DNA of 64,000 nucleotides from the human T2T-CHM13v2.0 reference genome, Homo sapiens, in the NCBI RefSeq assembly GCF_009914755.1, contig NC_060946.1. One strand, written 5' to 3'. The notes beneath the pieces were generated by a model. It was not told the DNA's origin and made no database searches. It was given only the letters and a program-made list of their open reading frames with translations. The position numbers were made by a program, and so were the translations under genes. This document shows, one piece after another, positions 48,256-64,000 of the stretch. Each line of letters opens with the position of its first letter. Within the stretch, counting starts at the first letter, position 1.

Positions 48256-48465
48256 CCCCGTTAGGAACCCACGCCGGACATTCTGTTTTGCCCAGCACTT
48301 GAGTCCAGTTACCCAGAGACCCGGACTTAATGTATCAGGACTGGTCCCTACCCAGGTGACACAGATGTGGCATTCTGGTTCTTTATTAAATCCTGGTTTC
48401 ACAGCCTGGGACATTGTGAAAATAATGGAGAAATTTCAATAGAGGCCAATTGGTCTATGCTATGA

Positions 48466-48769
<304 letters not shown>

Positions 48770-49379
48770 CTCAAGTCTATTTTTTATAGATGCATTCGAA
48801 AGCATGAAAACAATCATGCCTCTATTTTACTTTAAAATTTTAAAAACACAACTAATGAATATGGTAATTCTCTTCCAATCCGTTATCTTTTCTCTCACTA
48901 AACTAATTTGTGAGCCTTCAATTACACAGTTAGAAAATATGCTCTAGTGCATATACTAGGATAAAATAACAGGGTCATAAGACAGGTGCACTCCATAATC
49001 TTTGTGACAACTTTCACTTCCAGTGTCTGATAAATATTTGCCCATAGACTCCCACGTTTCATCCATCCATCCATCCATCAATCAAATCTACCTATCTTTA
49101 TTTATTTATTGTGAGAAAGACCTGAAATTTGCCTTTCCTTCCCTGATTTCTGCCACAACCTAGGCAAGGAGTTCTGTCTAGGGATTTCTCAGAGCTCCGG
49201 CTACCACCGAGGTTCCTAACAGGGAAACGCAGGCTTGAATGATCAGGGTTGATGTGGGAGTGCATCTGAAACGGGGGTGGGGTGAAAGGGCAGTGACGTT
49301 TGTAGGTGGGCAGATGAGGGTGTTGATGGGCTTTCAGGTAAGAGGCACAGAGGAACCTGGGAGAGGCAGCGAAAGCACC

Positions 49380-49740
49380 TCACGCCTCAGATCACCAGAA
49401 GACGCTCCCACCAGTGCCATGACAGTTTGCCAATGCCATGGCATCATGAGAAGTCCCCACCCCTTGCCATGGAAACAGATGGAAGTTACTGCCCATTTCT
49501 AGCTATTTCTGAATAACCTGCCCCTTAATTAGCATGCCATTAAAAGTGAATTATAAAAATGACTACAAGCCACCCCTAGGCTGCTGCTCTGGGAGCACAA
49601 CCCACGGAGGGCACCCTGCCCTGCCGGAGTGGATGCAGGGCTGTAACACCGCCAATGCCTCCGTAGAGCTGCTTTCTTCCACCACAGGCTTGCTTTTGGA
49701 TTTCTTCCTGAGCGACGCCAAGAACCTGCCCTTCCTCAGT
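49380..49740 (+). mobile_element. MER41-family LTR fragment
   Basis: cccaccagtgccatgacagtttgccaatgccatggca...gccaagaacctgcccttcctca. Confidence 0.6.
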
Positions 49741-50691
49741 GTGACTCTTGCCTAAAACCTATCCCTGGTATTCTCTTTTCCTAAGCATGCCTTGACTTGT
49801 TCTTTCATCTCCTCTGATCTTGCAATTGGTCCTCAGTGACTCTATTCTGCAGATCCAGAAAACTCAACCTTAATCTTCCCAGAGCCCTGTTGTCTCTAAT
49901 ATTGGAATCTCTAGCCTTGTTTTCTCAGACGCCTAGATTACAGGCTTCTCTCTTGAACACCTATTGGTATGGTATCTGGGGATCCTTTAAATACTTGATG
50001 ATTGGCAGGGGTTAAATAGCGGAAATCAGTGCCTGATAATTCACCTTCCAGGATATGGACTGTCATTCCCTCTCTTGGTGGGCCTCAGTCTCTTATCCAT
50101 AAAAGTAGAGTATATAATACTCAATTGAATTGCAGATACCTCAACCCGAACCCACCTAATATAATGTAAAAGCCAAGAATGCAACCCCTTTCTTCACCCC
50201 GTGAAGGTAAAGCCCTCAGAGCCAAGGAGAGAAGGCTCAGGGATGGTATCTGGGTGTTTCCAACGCTAACCATGTATTGTAGTTTTTAGTGTTCAAGTTT
50301 AAGCTTCCCCAGCTTTAATTCTATTGTAACAAGATTTATTTTTATAATTCCATTTTTGGATTCTTGATTTCTTGGTGAAGAAGTACAGTTATTTTTGTAT
50401 ACCAATCTTATATAGTGTTACATTCTTAAATTTGTTCATGAGTCCTAATACTTTTTAGTAAATTTCTTATGATTTTCTAAATGCAAGATCATGTCATCTG
50501 TACATAAAGATAACTGTACTTCTTCCTTTCCAATCTAGATGCTGTTTATTTATTTACATTGCCAACTTGTCCCAGCTACCACTGTTATCAAGTAAAAGGG
50601 TCTCACTGCCCAAAGCACAAGAAGCCGGTACCATGACACTGAGTTTTCAAGAAAAGAAAAAGTTTAAAGTCAAACCAAAACCTAGGGTACA

Positions 50692-52792
<2,101 letters not shown>

Positions 52793-52793
52793 A

Positions 52794-55700
52794 GAATGGA
52801 ATGGAATGGAATGCAATGGAATCAACCGGAGTTGAATGGAATGGAACGGAATGGAATGGAATGGAATGAAATGGAATGGAAAGGAATGGAATCAAACTGA
52901 GTGGAATGTAATGGAATGGAATGGAAAGGCACGGAATGGAATGGAATGGAATGGAATGGAATGGAATGGAATGGAATGGAATCAACCCGAGTGGAATGGA
53001 ATGGAATGGAATGGAATGGAATGGAATGGACTGTAACGGCATGGAATGCAATGGAATGTAATGGAGTGGAAGGCATTAGAATCAACTGGAATGGAATGGA
53101 GTGGAATGGAATGGAATCAACGCCAGTGGAATGGAATGGAATGGAATGGATAATAATGGAATGGAATGGAATCAATCCGGGTGGAATGGAATGGAATGGA
53201 ATGCAATGGAATGGAATGGAATCAACTCGAGTGGAATGAAATGTAACGTAATGTAATGTAATGTAATGGAATGGAATGGAATAGAATGGAATCAAATTCG
53301 AGTGCAATATAATGGTATAGAATGGAATGGAATGGAATGGAATGGAATGGAATCAACTAGAGTGGAAACGAATGGAAAGGAATGGAATGGAATGGAATGG
53401 AATGGAATGGAATGGAACGGCATGGAATGGAATGGAATGGAGTGGAATCAACCATAGTGGAATGGAGTGCAATGGACTGTAACGGCATGGAATGGAATGG
53501 AATGGAGTGGAATAAACACGAGTGCAATGGAATGGAATGGACTGGAATGGAATGGAATGGAATGGACTGGAATGGAATGGAATGGAATCAACCCGAGTGC
53601 AATGGAATGGAATAGAATGGAATGAAATAAACACGAGTGGAAAGGAATGGAATGGAATGGAATGGAATGGAAGAGAATGGAATGGAATCAACTCGAGTGG
53701 AAAGGAATGGAATGGAAAGGAATGGAATGGAATGGAAAGGAATGGAATGCAATGGAATGCAATGTTAGGGAATGGAATCAACCCGAGTGGAATGGAATGG
53801 AATGGAATGGAATGGAATGCAATGGAATGGAATGGAATCAACTCGAGTGGAATGAAATGTAATGTAATGGAATGGAATGGAATGGAATCAATTCGATTGC
53901 AATGTAATGGTATAGAATGGAATGGAATGGAATGGAATCAACCAGAGTGGAATGGAATGGAATGGAATGGAATGGAATGGAATGGAATAGAATGGAATGG
54001 AATGGAAAAGAATGGAATGGAATGGAATGGAATGGAATAGAATGGAATGGAATGGAACGGAATGGAATGGAATGGAATGGAATGGAATGGAATGGAATGG
54101 AACGGAACGGCATGGAATGGAATGGAATGGAGTGGAATCAACACGAGTGGAATGGAGTGGAATGGACTGTAATGGCATGGAATGGAATGGAATGGAGTGG
54201 AATAAACAAAAGTGGAATTGAATGGAATGGAATGGACTGCAATAAACCAGAGTGCAATGGAATGGAATAGAATGGAATGGAATGGAATGGAATGAAATAA
54301 ACACTAGTGGAATGGAATGGAATGGAATGGAAGAGAATGGAATGGAATCAACTCGAGTGGAAAGGAATGCAATGGAAAGGAATGGAATGGAATGGAAAGG
54401 AATGGAATGAAATGGAATGCAGTGTTATGGAATGGAATCAACCCGAGCGGAATGGAATGGAATGGAATGGAATGGAATGGAATGGAATGCAATGGAATGG
54501 ACAGGAATGGAATGGAATGGAATTCAATGGAATGGAATGGACAGGAATGGAATGGAATGTAATGGAATGGAATGGAATGGAGTGGAATGGACTAGAATGG
54601 AATGGAATGGAATGAAATCAACCCGATTGGAATGGAATGGAATGCAATGGAATGGAATGGAATCAACTGGAAAGGAATCAAATGGAACGGAATGGAATAG
54701 AATGGAATGGATTGGAGTGGAATGGAATGGAATGGATTCAACCTGAGAGGAATGCAATGGAAAAAAATGGAATAAACACGAGTGGAATGGAATGGAATGG
54801 AATGGAATGGAATGGAATAGAATGTAGTCAATTCGAGTGCAATGTAATGGTATAGAATGGAATGGAATGGAATGGAATCAACCAGAGTGGAATGGAAAGG
54901 AAAGGAAAGGAATGGAATGGAATGGAATGGAACGGAATGGAATGGAATGGAATGGAATGGAATGGCATGGAATGGAAGGGAATGGAATGGAATGGAATGG
55001 CATGGAATGGAATGGAATGGAATGGAATGGAATGTAACGGCATGCAATGGAATGGAATGGAGTGGATTCAACCCGAGTGGAATGGAGTGCATTGGACTGT
55101 AACGGCATGGAATGGAATGGAATGGAGTGGAATAAACACGAGTGGAATGGAATGGAATGGAATGGACTGGAATCAACCCGAGTGCAAGGGAATGGAATAG
55201 AATGGAATGGAATGGAATGGAATGAAATAAACACGAGTGGAATGGAATGGAATGGAATGGAAAGGAATGGAAGAGAATGGAATGGAATCAACTCGAGTGG
55301 AAAGGAATGGAATGGAAAGGAATGGAATGGAATGGAAAGGAATGGAATGCAATGGAATGCAGTGTTATGGAATGGAATCAACCCGAGAGGAATGGAATGG
55401 AATGGAATGGAATGGAATGGAATGGAATGGACAGGAATGGAATGGAATGGAATGGAATGGAATGGAATGGAATGGAATGGAATAGAATGGAGTGGAATGG
55501 ACTAGAATGGAATGTAATGGAATGAAATCAACCCGATGGGAATGGAATGCAATGCAATGGAATGGAATGGAATCAACTGGAAAGGAATCAAATGGAACGG
55601 AATGGAATAGAATGGAATGGATTGGAATGGAATGGAATGGAATCAAACCTAGTAGAATGGAATGGAAAGAATGGAATGAACAGGAATGGAATGGAATCGA

Positions 55701-58700
55701 ATGGAATTTAATGGAATGGAATGGAATGGAATGGAATGGAATTTAATAGAATGGAATGGAATGGAATGGAATCAAACTGAGTGGAATGGAATGGAATGGA
55801 ATGCAATGGAATGTAATGGAGTGGAAGGCATTAGAATCAACTGGAATGGAATGGAGTGGAATGGAATGGAATCAACGCCAGTGGAAAGGAATGGAATGGA
55901 ATGGATAATAATGGAATGGAATGGAATCAATCCGAGTGGAATGGAAGGGAATGGAATGCAATGGAATGTAATGGAGTTGAAGGCATTTGAATCAACTGGA
56001 ATGGAATGGAATGGAATGGAATGGAATCAACCCCAGTGGAATGGATGGGATGGGAATGGATTATAATGGAATGGAATGGAATCAATCCGAGTGGAATGGA
56101 ATGGAATGGAATGGATTATATTTGAATGGAATGGAATCAATCCTTGTGGAATGGAGTGGAATGGAATGGAATAGAATGGAATGGAATTCAATGTAATGGA
56201 AACAAACCGAGTGGAATATAATGGAATGGAAAGGACTGGAATCTAATGGAATGTATTGGAATCAACCTGATTCCAATGCAACGGAATGGAATGGAATGGA
56301 ATGCAATGGAAGGGAATGGAATGGAATGGAAAGGAATCAACCCGAGTGCAGTGGAATGGAATGCAATGGAAATGAATGGAATAGAACGGAATGGAATGGA
56401 ATGGAATGGAATCAACCCGAGTGGAGTGGAATGGAATGCAATGGAAATGAATGGAATAGAATGGAATGGAATGGAAAGGAACGGAATGGAATGAACCCGA
56501 GTGGAATGGAATGGAATAGAATGGAATGGAAAGGCACGAAATGGAATGGAACGCAATGGAATGGAATGGAATGGAATGGAATGGAATGGAATCAACCCGA
56601 GTGGAATGGAATGGAATGGAATCAAACTGAGTGGAATGGAATGGAATGGAATGGAATGGAATGGAGTGGAAGGCATTAGAATCACCTGGAATGGAATGGA
56701 ATGGAATGGAATGGAATGGAATCAACCCGAGTGGAATGGAATGGAATGGAATGGAATCAAACTGAGTGGAAAGGAATGGAATGGAATGGAATGGAATGGA
56801 ATGGAATGGAATGGAATCAACCACAGTGGAATGGAATGGAACGGAATGGATTATAATAGAATGGAATGGAATCAATCCGGGTGGAATGGAATGGAATGGA
56901 ATGGAATGGAATGGAATGGAATCAACTCGAGTGGAATGAAATGTAACGTGATGGAATGGAATGGAATGGAATGGAATGGAATGGAATGGAATGGAATGGA
57001 ATACAATGGAATCAATTCGAGTGCCATGTAATGGTATAGAATGGAATGGAATGGAAAGGAATGAAATGGAATGGAATGGAATGGAATGGAATCATCCAGA
57101 GTGGAATGGAATGGAATGGAATGGAATGGAATGGAATGGAATGGAATGGAATGGAATATATTGGAATGGAATTCAACGGAATCAACTGGAATGGAATGGA
57201 ATGGAATGGAATGGATTATAATGGAATGGAATGGAATCAATCCGGGTGGAATGGAATGGAATGGAATGGAATGGAATGGAATTCAATGTAATGGAAACAA
57301 ACCGAGAGGAATGTAATGGAATGGAAAGGACTGGAATGTAATGGAATGGATTGGAATCAAACCGATTCCAATGCAACGGAATGGAATGGAATGGAATGGA
57401 AAAAAATCAACCCGAATGGAATGGATTGTAATAGAGTGGAATGGAATGGAATGGTATGGAATGCAATGAAATCAACTAGAATGGAATGGAATGGAATAGA
57501 ATGAACAGGAATGGAATGGAATGGAATGGAATGGAATGGAATGGAATGGAGTGGAGTGGAATGGAATGGAATGGAATGGAATGAAATCAACCCGATTGGA
57601 ATGGAATGGAATGAAATGGAATGGAATGGAATCAACTGGAAAGGAATCAAATGGAACGGAATGGAATGGAATGGAATGGAATGGAACGGATTGGAATCAA
57701 CCTCTGTGGAATGGAATGGAATGGAATGGATTATAATGGAATGGAATGGAATCAATCCGGGTGGAATGGAATGGAATGGAATGGAATGGAATGGAATGGA
57801 ATGCAATGGAATGGACAGGAATGGAATGGAATGGAATTCAATGGAATGGAATGGAAAGGAATGCAATGGAATGTAATGGAATGGAATGGAATGGAGTGGA
57901 ATGGACTAGAATGGAATGGAATGGAATGAAATCAACCCGATTGGAATGGAATGGAATGCAATGGAATGGAATGGAATCAACTGGAAAGGAATCAAATGGA
58001 ATGGAATGGAATAGAATGGAATGGATTGGAATGGAATGGAATGGATTCAACCCGAGTGGAATGGAATGGAATAGAACGGAATAAACACGAGTGGAATGGA
58101 ATGGAATGGAATGGAATGGAATCAACTCGAGTGGAATGAAATGTAATAAAATGGAATGGAATGGAATTGAATGGAATAAACACGAGTGGAATGGAATGGA
58201 ATGGAATGGAATGGAATAGAATGGAGTCAATTCAAGTGCAATGGAATGGTATACAATGGAATCGAATGGAATGGAATCAACCAGAGTGGAATGGAATGGA
58301 AAGGAAAGGAATGGAATGGAACGGAACGGAATGGAATGGAATGGAATGGAATGGAATGTAACGGAATGGAATGGAATGGAATGGAATGGAATGGAATGTA
58401 ACGTCATGCAATGGAATGGAATGGAGTTGATTCAACCCGAGTGGAATGGAGTGGATTGGACTGTAACGGCATGGAATGGAATGGAATGGATTGGAATAAA
58501 CACGAGTGGAATGGAATGGAATGGAATGGACTGGAATCAACCCGAGTGCAATGGAATGGAATAGAATGGAATGGAATGAAATAAACACGAGTGGAATGGA
58601 ATGGAATGGAATGGAAGAGAATGGAATGGAATCAACTCGAGTGGAAAGGAATGGAATGGAAAGGAATGGAATGGAATGGAAAGGAATGGAATGCAATGGA

Positions 58701-61700
58701 ATGCAGTGTTATGGAATGGAATCAACCCGAGTGGAATGGAATGGAATGGAATGGAATGGAATTGAATGGAATGGAATGCAATGGAATGGAATGCAATGGA
58801 ATGGACAGGAATGGAATGGAATGGAATTCAATGGAATGGAATGGACAGGAATGGAATGGAATGGAATGGAATGGAATGGAGTGGAATGGACTAGAATGGA
58901 ATGGAATGGAATGAAATCAACCCGATTGGAATGGAATGGAATGCAATGGAATGGAATGGAATCAACTGGAAAGGAATCAAATGGAACGGAATGGAATAGA
59001 ATGGAATGGATTGGAATGGAATGGAATGGATTCAACCTGAGTGGAATGGAATGGAATAAAATGGAATAATGACGAGTGGAATGGAATGGAATGGAATGGA
59101 ATGGAATGGAATGGAATAGAATGTAGTCAATTCGAGTGCAATGTAATGGTATAGAATGGAATGGAATGGAATCAACCAGAGTGGAATGGAATGGAAAGGA
59201 AAGGAATGGAATGGAATTTAATGGAATGGAATGGAACGGAACGGAATGGAATGGAATAGAATGGAATGGAATGGAACGGCATGGAATGGAATGGAAAGGA
59301 ATGGAATGCAATGGAATGGAATGGAATGTAACGGCATGCAATGGAATGGAATGGAGTGGATTCAACCCGAGTGGAATGGAGTGCATTGGACTGTAACGGC
59401 ATGGAATGGAATGGAATGTAGTGGAATAAACACCAGTGGAATGGAAAGGAATGGAATGGACTGGAATCAACCCGAGTGCAATGGAATGGAATAGAATGGA
59501 ATGGAATGGAATGGAATGAAATAAACACGAGTGGAATGGAATGGAATGGAAAGGAATGGAAGAGAATGGAATGGAATCAAATCGAGTGGAAAGGAATGGA
59601 ATGGAAAGGAATGGAATGGAATGGAAAGGAATGTAATGCAATGGAATGCAGTGTTATGGAATGGAATCAACCCGAGTGGAATGGAATGGAATGGAATGGA
59701 ATGGAATGGAATGGAATGGAATGGACAGGAATGGAATGGAATGGAATGGAATGGAATGGAATGGAATGGAATGGAATGGACTGGAATGGAATGGAATGGA
59801 ATGGAATGGAATGGAGTGGAATGGACTAGAATGGAATGGAATGGAATGAAATCAACCCGATGGGAACGGAATGGAATGCAGTGGAATGGAATGGAATCAA
59901 CAGGAAAGGAATCAAATGGAACGGAATGGAATAGAATGGAATGGATTGGAATGGAATGGAATGGAATCAAACCTAGTAGAATGGAATGGAAAGAATGGAA
60001 TGAACAGGAATGGAATGGAATGGAATGGAATGGAATTTAATGGAATGGAATGGAATGGAATGCAATTTAATAGAATGGAATGGAATGGAATGGAATTTAA
60101 TGGAATGGAATGGAATGGAATGCAATTTAATAGAATGGAATGGAATGGAATGGAATCAAACTGAGTGGAATGGAATGGAATGGAATGACATGGAATGTAA
60201 TGGAGTGGAAGGCATTAGAATCAACTGGAATAGAATGGAGTGGAATGGAATAGAATGGAATGGATAATAATGGAATGGAATGGAATCAATCCGGGTGGAA
60301 TGGAATGGAATGGAATGCAATGGAATGGAATGGAATCAACTCGAGTGGAATGAAATGTAACGTAATGTAATGGAATGGAATGGAATGGAATGGAATAGAA
60401 TGGAATCAATTCGAGTGCAATATAACGGTATAGAATGGAATGGAATGGAATGGAATGGAATCAACTAGAGTGGAAACGAATTTAAAGGAATGGAATGGAA
60501 TGGAATGGAATGGAACGGCATGGAATGGAATGGAATGGAGTGGAATCAACCATAGTGGAATGGAGTGCAATGGATTGTAACGGCATGGAATGGAATGGAA
60601 TGGAGTGGAATAAACACGAGTGGAATGGAATGGAATGGAATGGACTGGAATGGAATGGAATGGAATCACCCGAGTGCAATGGAATGGAATAGAATGGAAT
60701 GAAATAAACACGAGTGGTAAGGAATGGAATGGAATGGAATGGAATGGAAGAGAATGGATTGGAATCAACTCCAGTGGAAAGGAATGGAATGGAAAGGAAT
60801 GGAATGGAATGGAAAGGAATGGAATGCAATGGAATGCAATGTTAGGGAATGGAATCAACCCGAGTGGAATGGAATGGAATGGAATGGAATGCAATGGAAT
60901 GGAATGGAATGGAATGGAATGGAATGGAATGGAATGGAATAGAATGGAATCAATTCGAATGCAAAGTAATGGTATAGAATGGAATGGAATGGAATGGAAT
61001 GGAATCAACCAGAGTGGAATGGAATGGAAAGGAATGGAATGGAATGGAATGGAATGGAATGTAACAGCATGGAATGGAATGGAATGGAGTGGAATCAACC
61101 CGAGTGGAATGGAGTGGAATGGACTGTAATGGTCTGGAATGGAATGGAATGGAATGGAGTGGAATAAACAAAAGTGGAATGGAATGGAATGGAATGGACT
61201 GGAATCAACCAGAGTGCAATGGAATGGAATACAATGGAACGGAATGGAATGGAATGAAAAAACACGAGTGGAATGGAATGGAATGGAATGGAATGGAATT
61301 CAATGGAATGGAATGGACAGGAATGGAATGGAATGGAATGGAATGGAGTGGAATGGACTAGAATGGAATGGAATGGAATGAAATCAACCCGATTGGAATG
61401 GAATGGAATGCAATGGAATGGAATGGAATCAACTGGAAAGGAATCAAATGGAACGGAATGGAATAGAATGGAATGGATTGGAATGGAATGGAATGGATTC
61501 AACCCGAGTGGAATGGAATGGAATAGAATGGAATAAACACGAGTGGAATGGAATGGAATGGAATGGAATGGAATGGAATGGAATCAACTCGAGTGGAATG
61601 AAATGTAATGTAATGGAATGGAATGGAATTGAATGGAATAAACACGAGTGGAATGGAATGGAATGGAATGGAATGGAATGGAATGGAATAGAATGGAGTC

Positions 61701-64000
61701 AATTCAAGTGCAATGGAATGGTATAAAATGGAATCGAATGGAATGGAATCAACCAGAGTGGAATGGAATTGAAAGGTATAGAATGGAATGGAATGGAATG
61801 GAATGGAACGGAATGGAATGGAATGGAATGGAATGTAACGGCATGGAATGCAATGGAATGGAATGGAATGGAATGGAATGGAATGGAATGGAATGGCATG
61901 CAATGGAATGGAATGGAGTGGAATAAACACGAGGGGAATGGAATGGAATGGACTGGAATGGAAAGGAATGGAAGAAAATGGAATGGAATCAACACGAGAG
62001 GAAAGGAATGGAATGGAGAGGAATGGAATGGAATGGAAAGGAATGGAATGCAATGGAATGCAGTGTTATGGAATGGAATCAACCCGAGTGGAATGGAATG
62101 GAATGGAATGGAGTGGAGTGGAATGGAATGGAATGGAATGGAATGGAATGGAATGGAATGGAATCAACTCGAGTGGAATGAAATGTAATGTAATGGAATG
62201 GAATGGAATTGAATGGAATAAACACGAGTGGAATGGAATGGAATGGAATGGAATGGAGTGGAATGGAATGGAATGGAATGCAATGGAATGGACAGGAATG
62301 GAATGGAATGGAATGGAATGGAATGGAATGGAGTGGAATGGACTAGAATGGAATGGAATGGAATGAAATCAACCCTATTGGAATGGAATGGAATGCAATG
62401 GAATGGAATGGAATGGAATCAACTGGTAAGGAAACAAATGGAACAGAATGGAATAGAATGGAATGGATTGTAATGGAATGGAATGGAATCAAACCTAGTA
62501 GAATGGAATGGAAAGAATGGAATGAACAGGAATGGAATGGAATGGAATGGAATTTAATGGAATGGAATGGAATTTAATGGAATGGAATGGAATTTAATAG
62601 AATGGAATGGAATGGAATGGAATGGAATGGAATGGAATGGAATGGAATCAACCAGAGTGGAGTGGAATGGAATGGAATGGAAATGAATGGAATAGAATGG
62701 AATGGAATGGAACGGAAAGGAATGGAATGAACCCGAGTGGAATGGAATGGAATGGAATGCAATGGAAAGGCACGGAATGGAATGGAATGGAATGGAATGG
62801 AATGGAATGGAATGCAATGGAATCAACCCGAGTGGAATGGAATGGAATGGAATCAAACTGAGTGGAATGGAATGGAATGGAATGCAATGGAATGTAATGC
62901 AGTGGAAGGCATTAGAATCAACTGGAATGGAATGCAGTGGAATGGAATGGAATCAACGCCAGTGGAAAGGTATGGAATGGAATGGATAATAATAGAATGG
63001 AATGGAATAAATCCGGCTGGAATGGAATGGAATGGAATGCAATGGAATGAAATGGAATCAACTCGAGTGGAATGAAATGTAACGTAATGTAACGTAATGT
63101 AATGGAATGGAATGGAATGGAATGGAATCAATTCGAGTGCAATATAATGGTATAGAATGGAATGGAATAGAATGGAATGGAATGGAATGGAATCAACCAG
63201 AGTGGAATGGAATGGAATGGAATGGAATGGAATGGAAAGGAATGGACTGTAACGGCATGGAATGCAATGGAATGGAGTGGAATCAACCCGAATGGAATGG
63301 AATGGAATGGACTGTAACGGCATGGAACGGAATGGAATGGAGTGGAATCAAACCGAGAGGAATGGAATGGAATGGAATGGAATGGAATGGAATGGAATAG
63401 AATGGAATCAATTCGAATGCAATGTAATGGTATAGAATGGAATGGAATGGAATGGAATCAACCAGAGTGGAATGGAATGGAATGGAATGGAATGGAATAG
63501 AATGTAATGGAATGGAATGGAATGGAACGGAATGGAATGGAATGGAATGGAATGGAATGGAAAGGAATGGCATGGAATGGAATGGAATGGAGTGGAATCA
63601 ACCCGAGTGGAATGGAGTGGAATGGACTGTAATGGCATGGAATGGAATGGAATGGAGTGGAATAAACACAAGTGGAATGGAATGGAATGGAATGGACTAC
63701 AATCAACCAGAGTGCAATGGAATGGAATAGAATGGAATGGAATGGAATGGAATGAAATAAACACGAGTGGAATGGAATGGAATGGAATGGAAGAGAATGG
63801 AATGGAATCAACTCGAGTGGAAAGGAATGGAATGGAAAGGAATGGAATGGAATGGAAAGGAATGGAATGCAATGGAATGCAGTGTTATGGAATGGAATCA
63901 ACCCGAGTGGAATGGAATGGAATGGAATGGAATGGAATGGAATGGAATGGAATGGAATGCAATGGAATGGACAGGAGTGGAATGGAATGGAATTCAATGG
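52794..64000 (+). repeat. Human satellite 3, (GGAAT)n with interspersed ATCAACCCGAGT-type variants
   Basis: More than 11 kb of GGAAT pentamers with CAACCCGAGT/CAACTCGAGT/AAACACGAGT decamers; continues past the window end. Confidence 0.98.

Noticed and set aside
47774-48442. ORFs over the GC-rich promoter
   Set aside because: Expected by chance in GC-rich DNA; the credible ATG is in exon 2 at 45928.

Overview
Primate (human/great-ape type) pericentromeric or acrocentric short-arm DNA with no intact protein-coding gene. From left to right: (1) 1-7600 is an ACRO-type composite unit: TATA/Inr promoter, 147-bp ACRO1 satellite that translates into Pol II CTD-like SP-rich heptads, a 5'-inverted L1PA, three foldback units partly made of SNX18 sequence, a processed SNX18 pseudogene, and a MaLR element. 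(2) A degenerate 14-15-bp repeat and a ~4.3-kb CER 48-bp satellite (8.85-13.1 kb). (3) A TE-dense block: old L1M, near full-length Tigger1, about 20 Alus, and a MER57 provirus holding a nested MER52-type LTR, a full-length dead L1PA3/4 and a 35-bp VNTR, followed by a solo LTR10-type LTR. (4) A minus-strand ZNF717-like promoter with exons 1-2 but no recognisable KRAB or zinc-finger exons. (5) An abrupt junction at ~52.8 kb into human satellite 3 (GGAAT)n, which runs to the end of the window. Family names come from recalled consensus sequences, not from a database search. Most ORFs in the supplied track are repeat artefacts.
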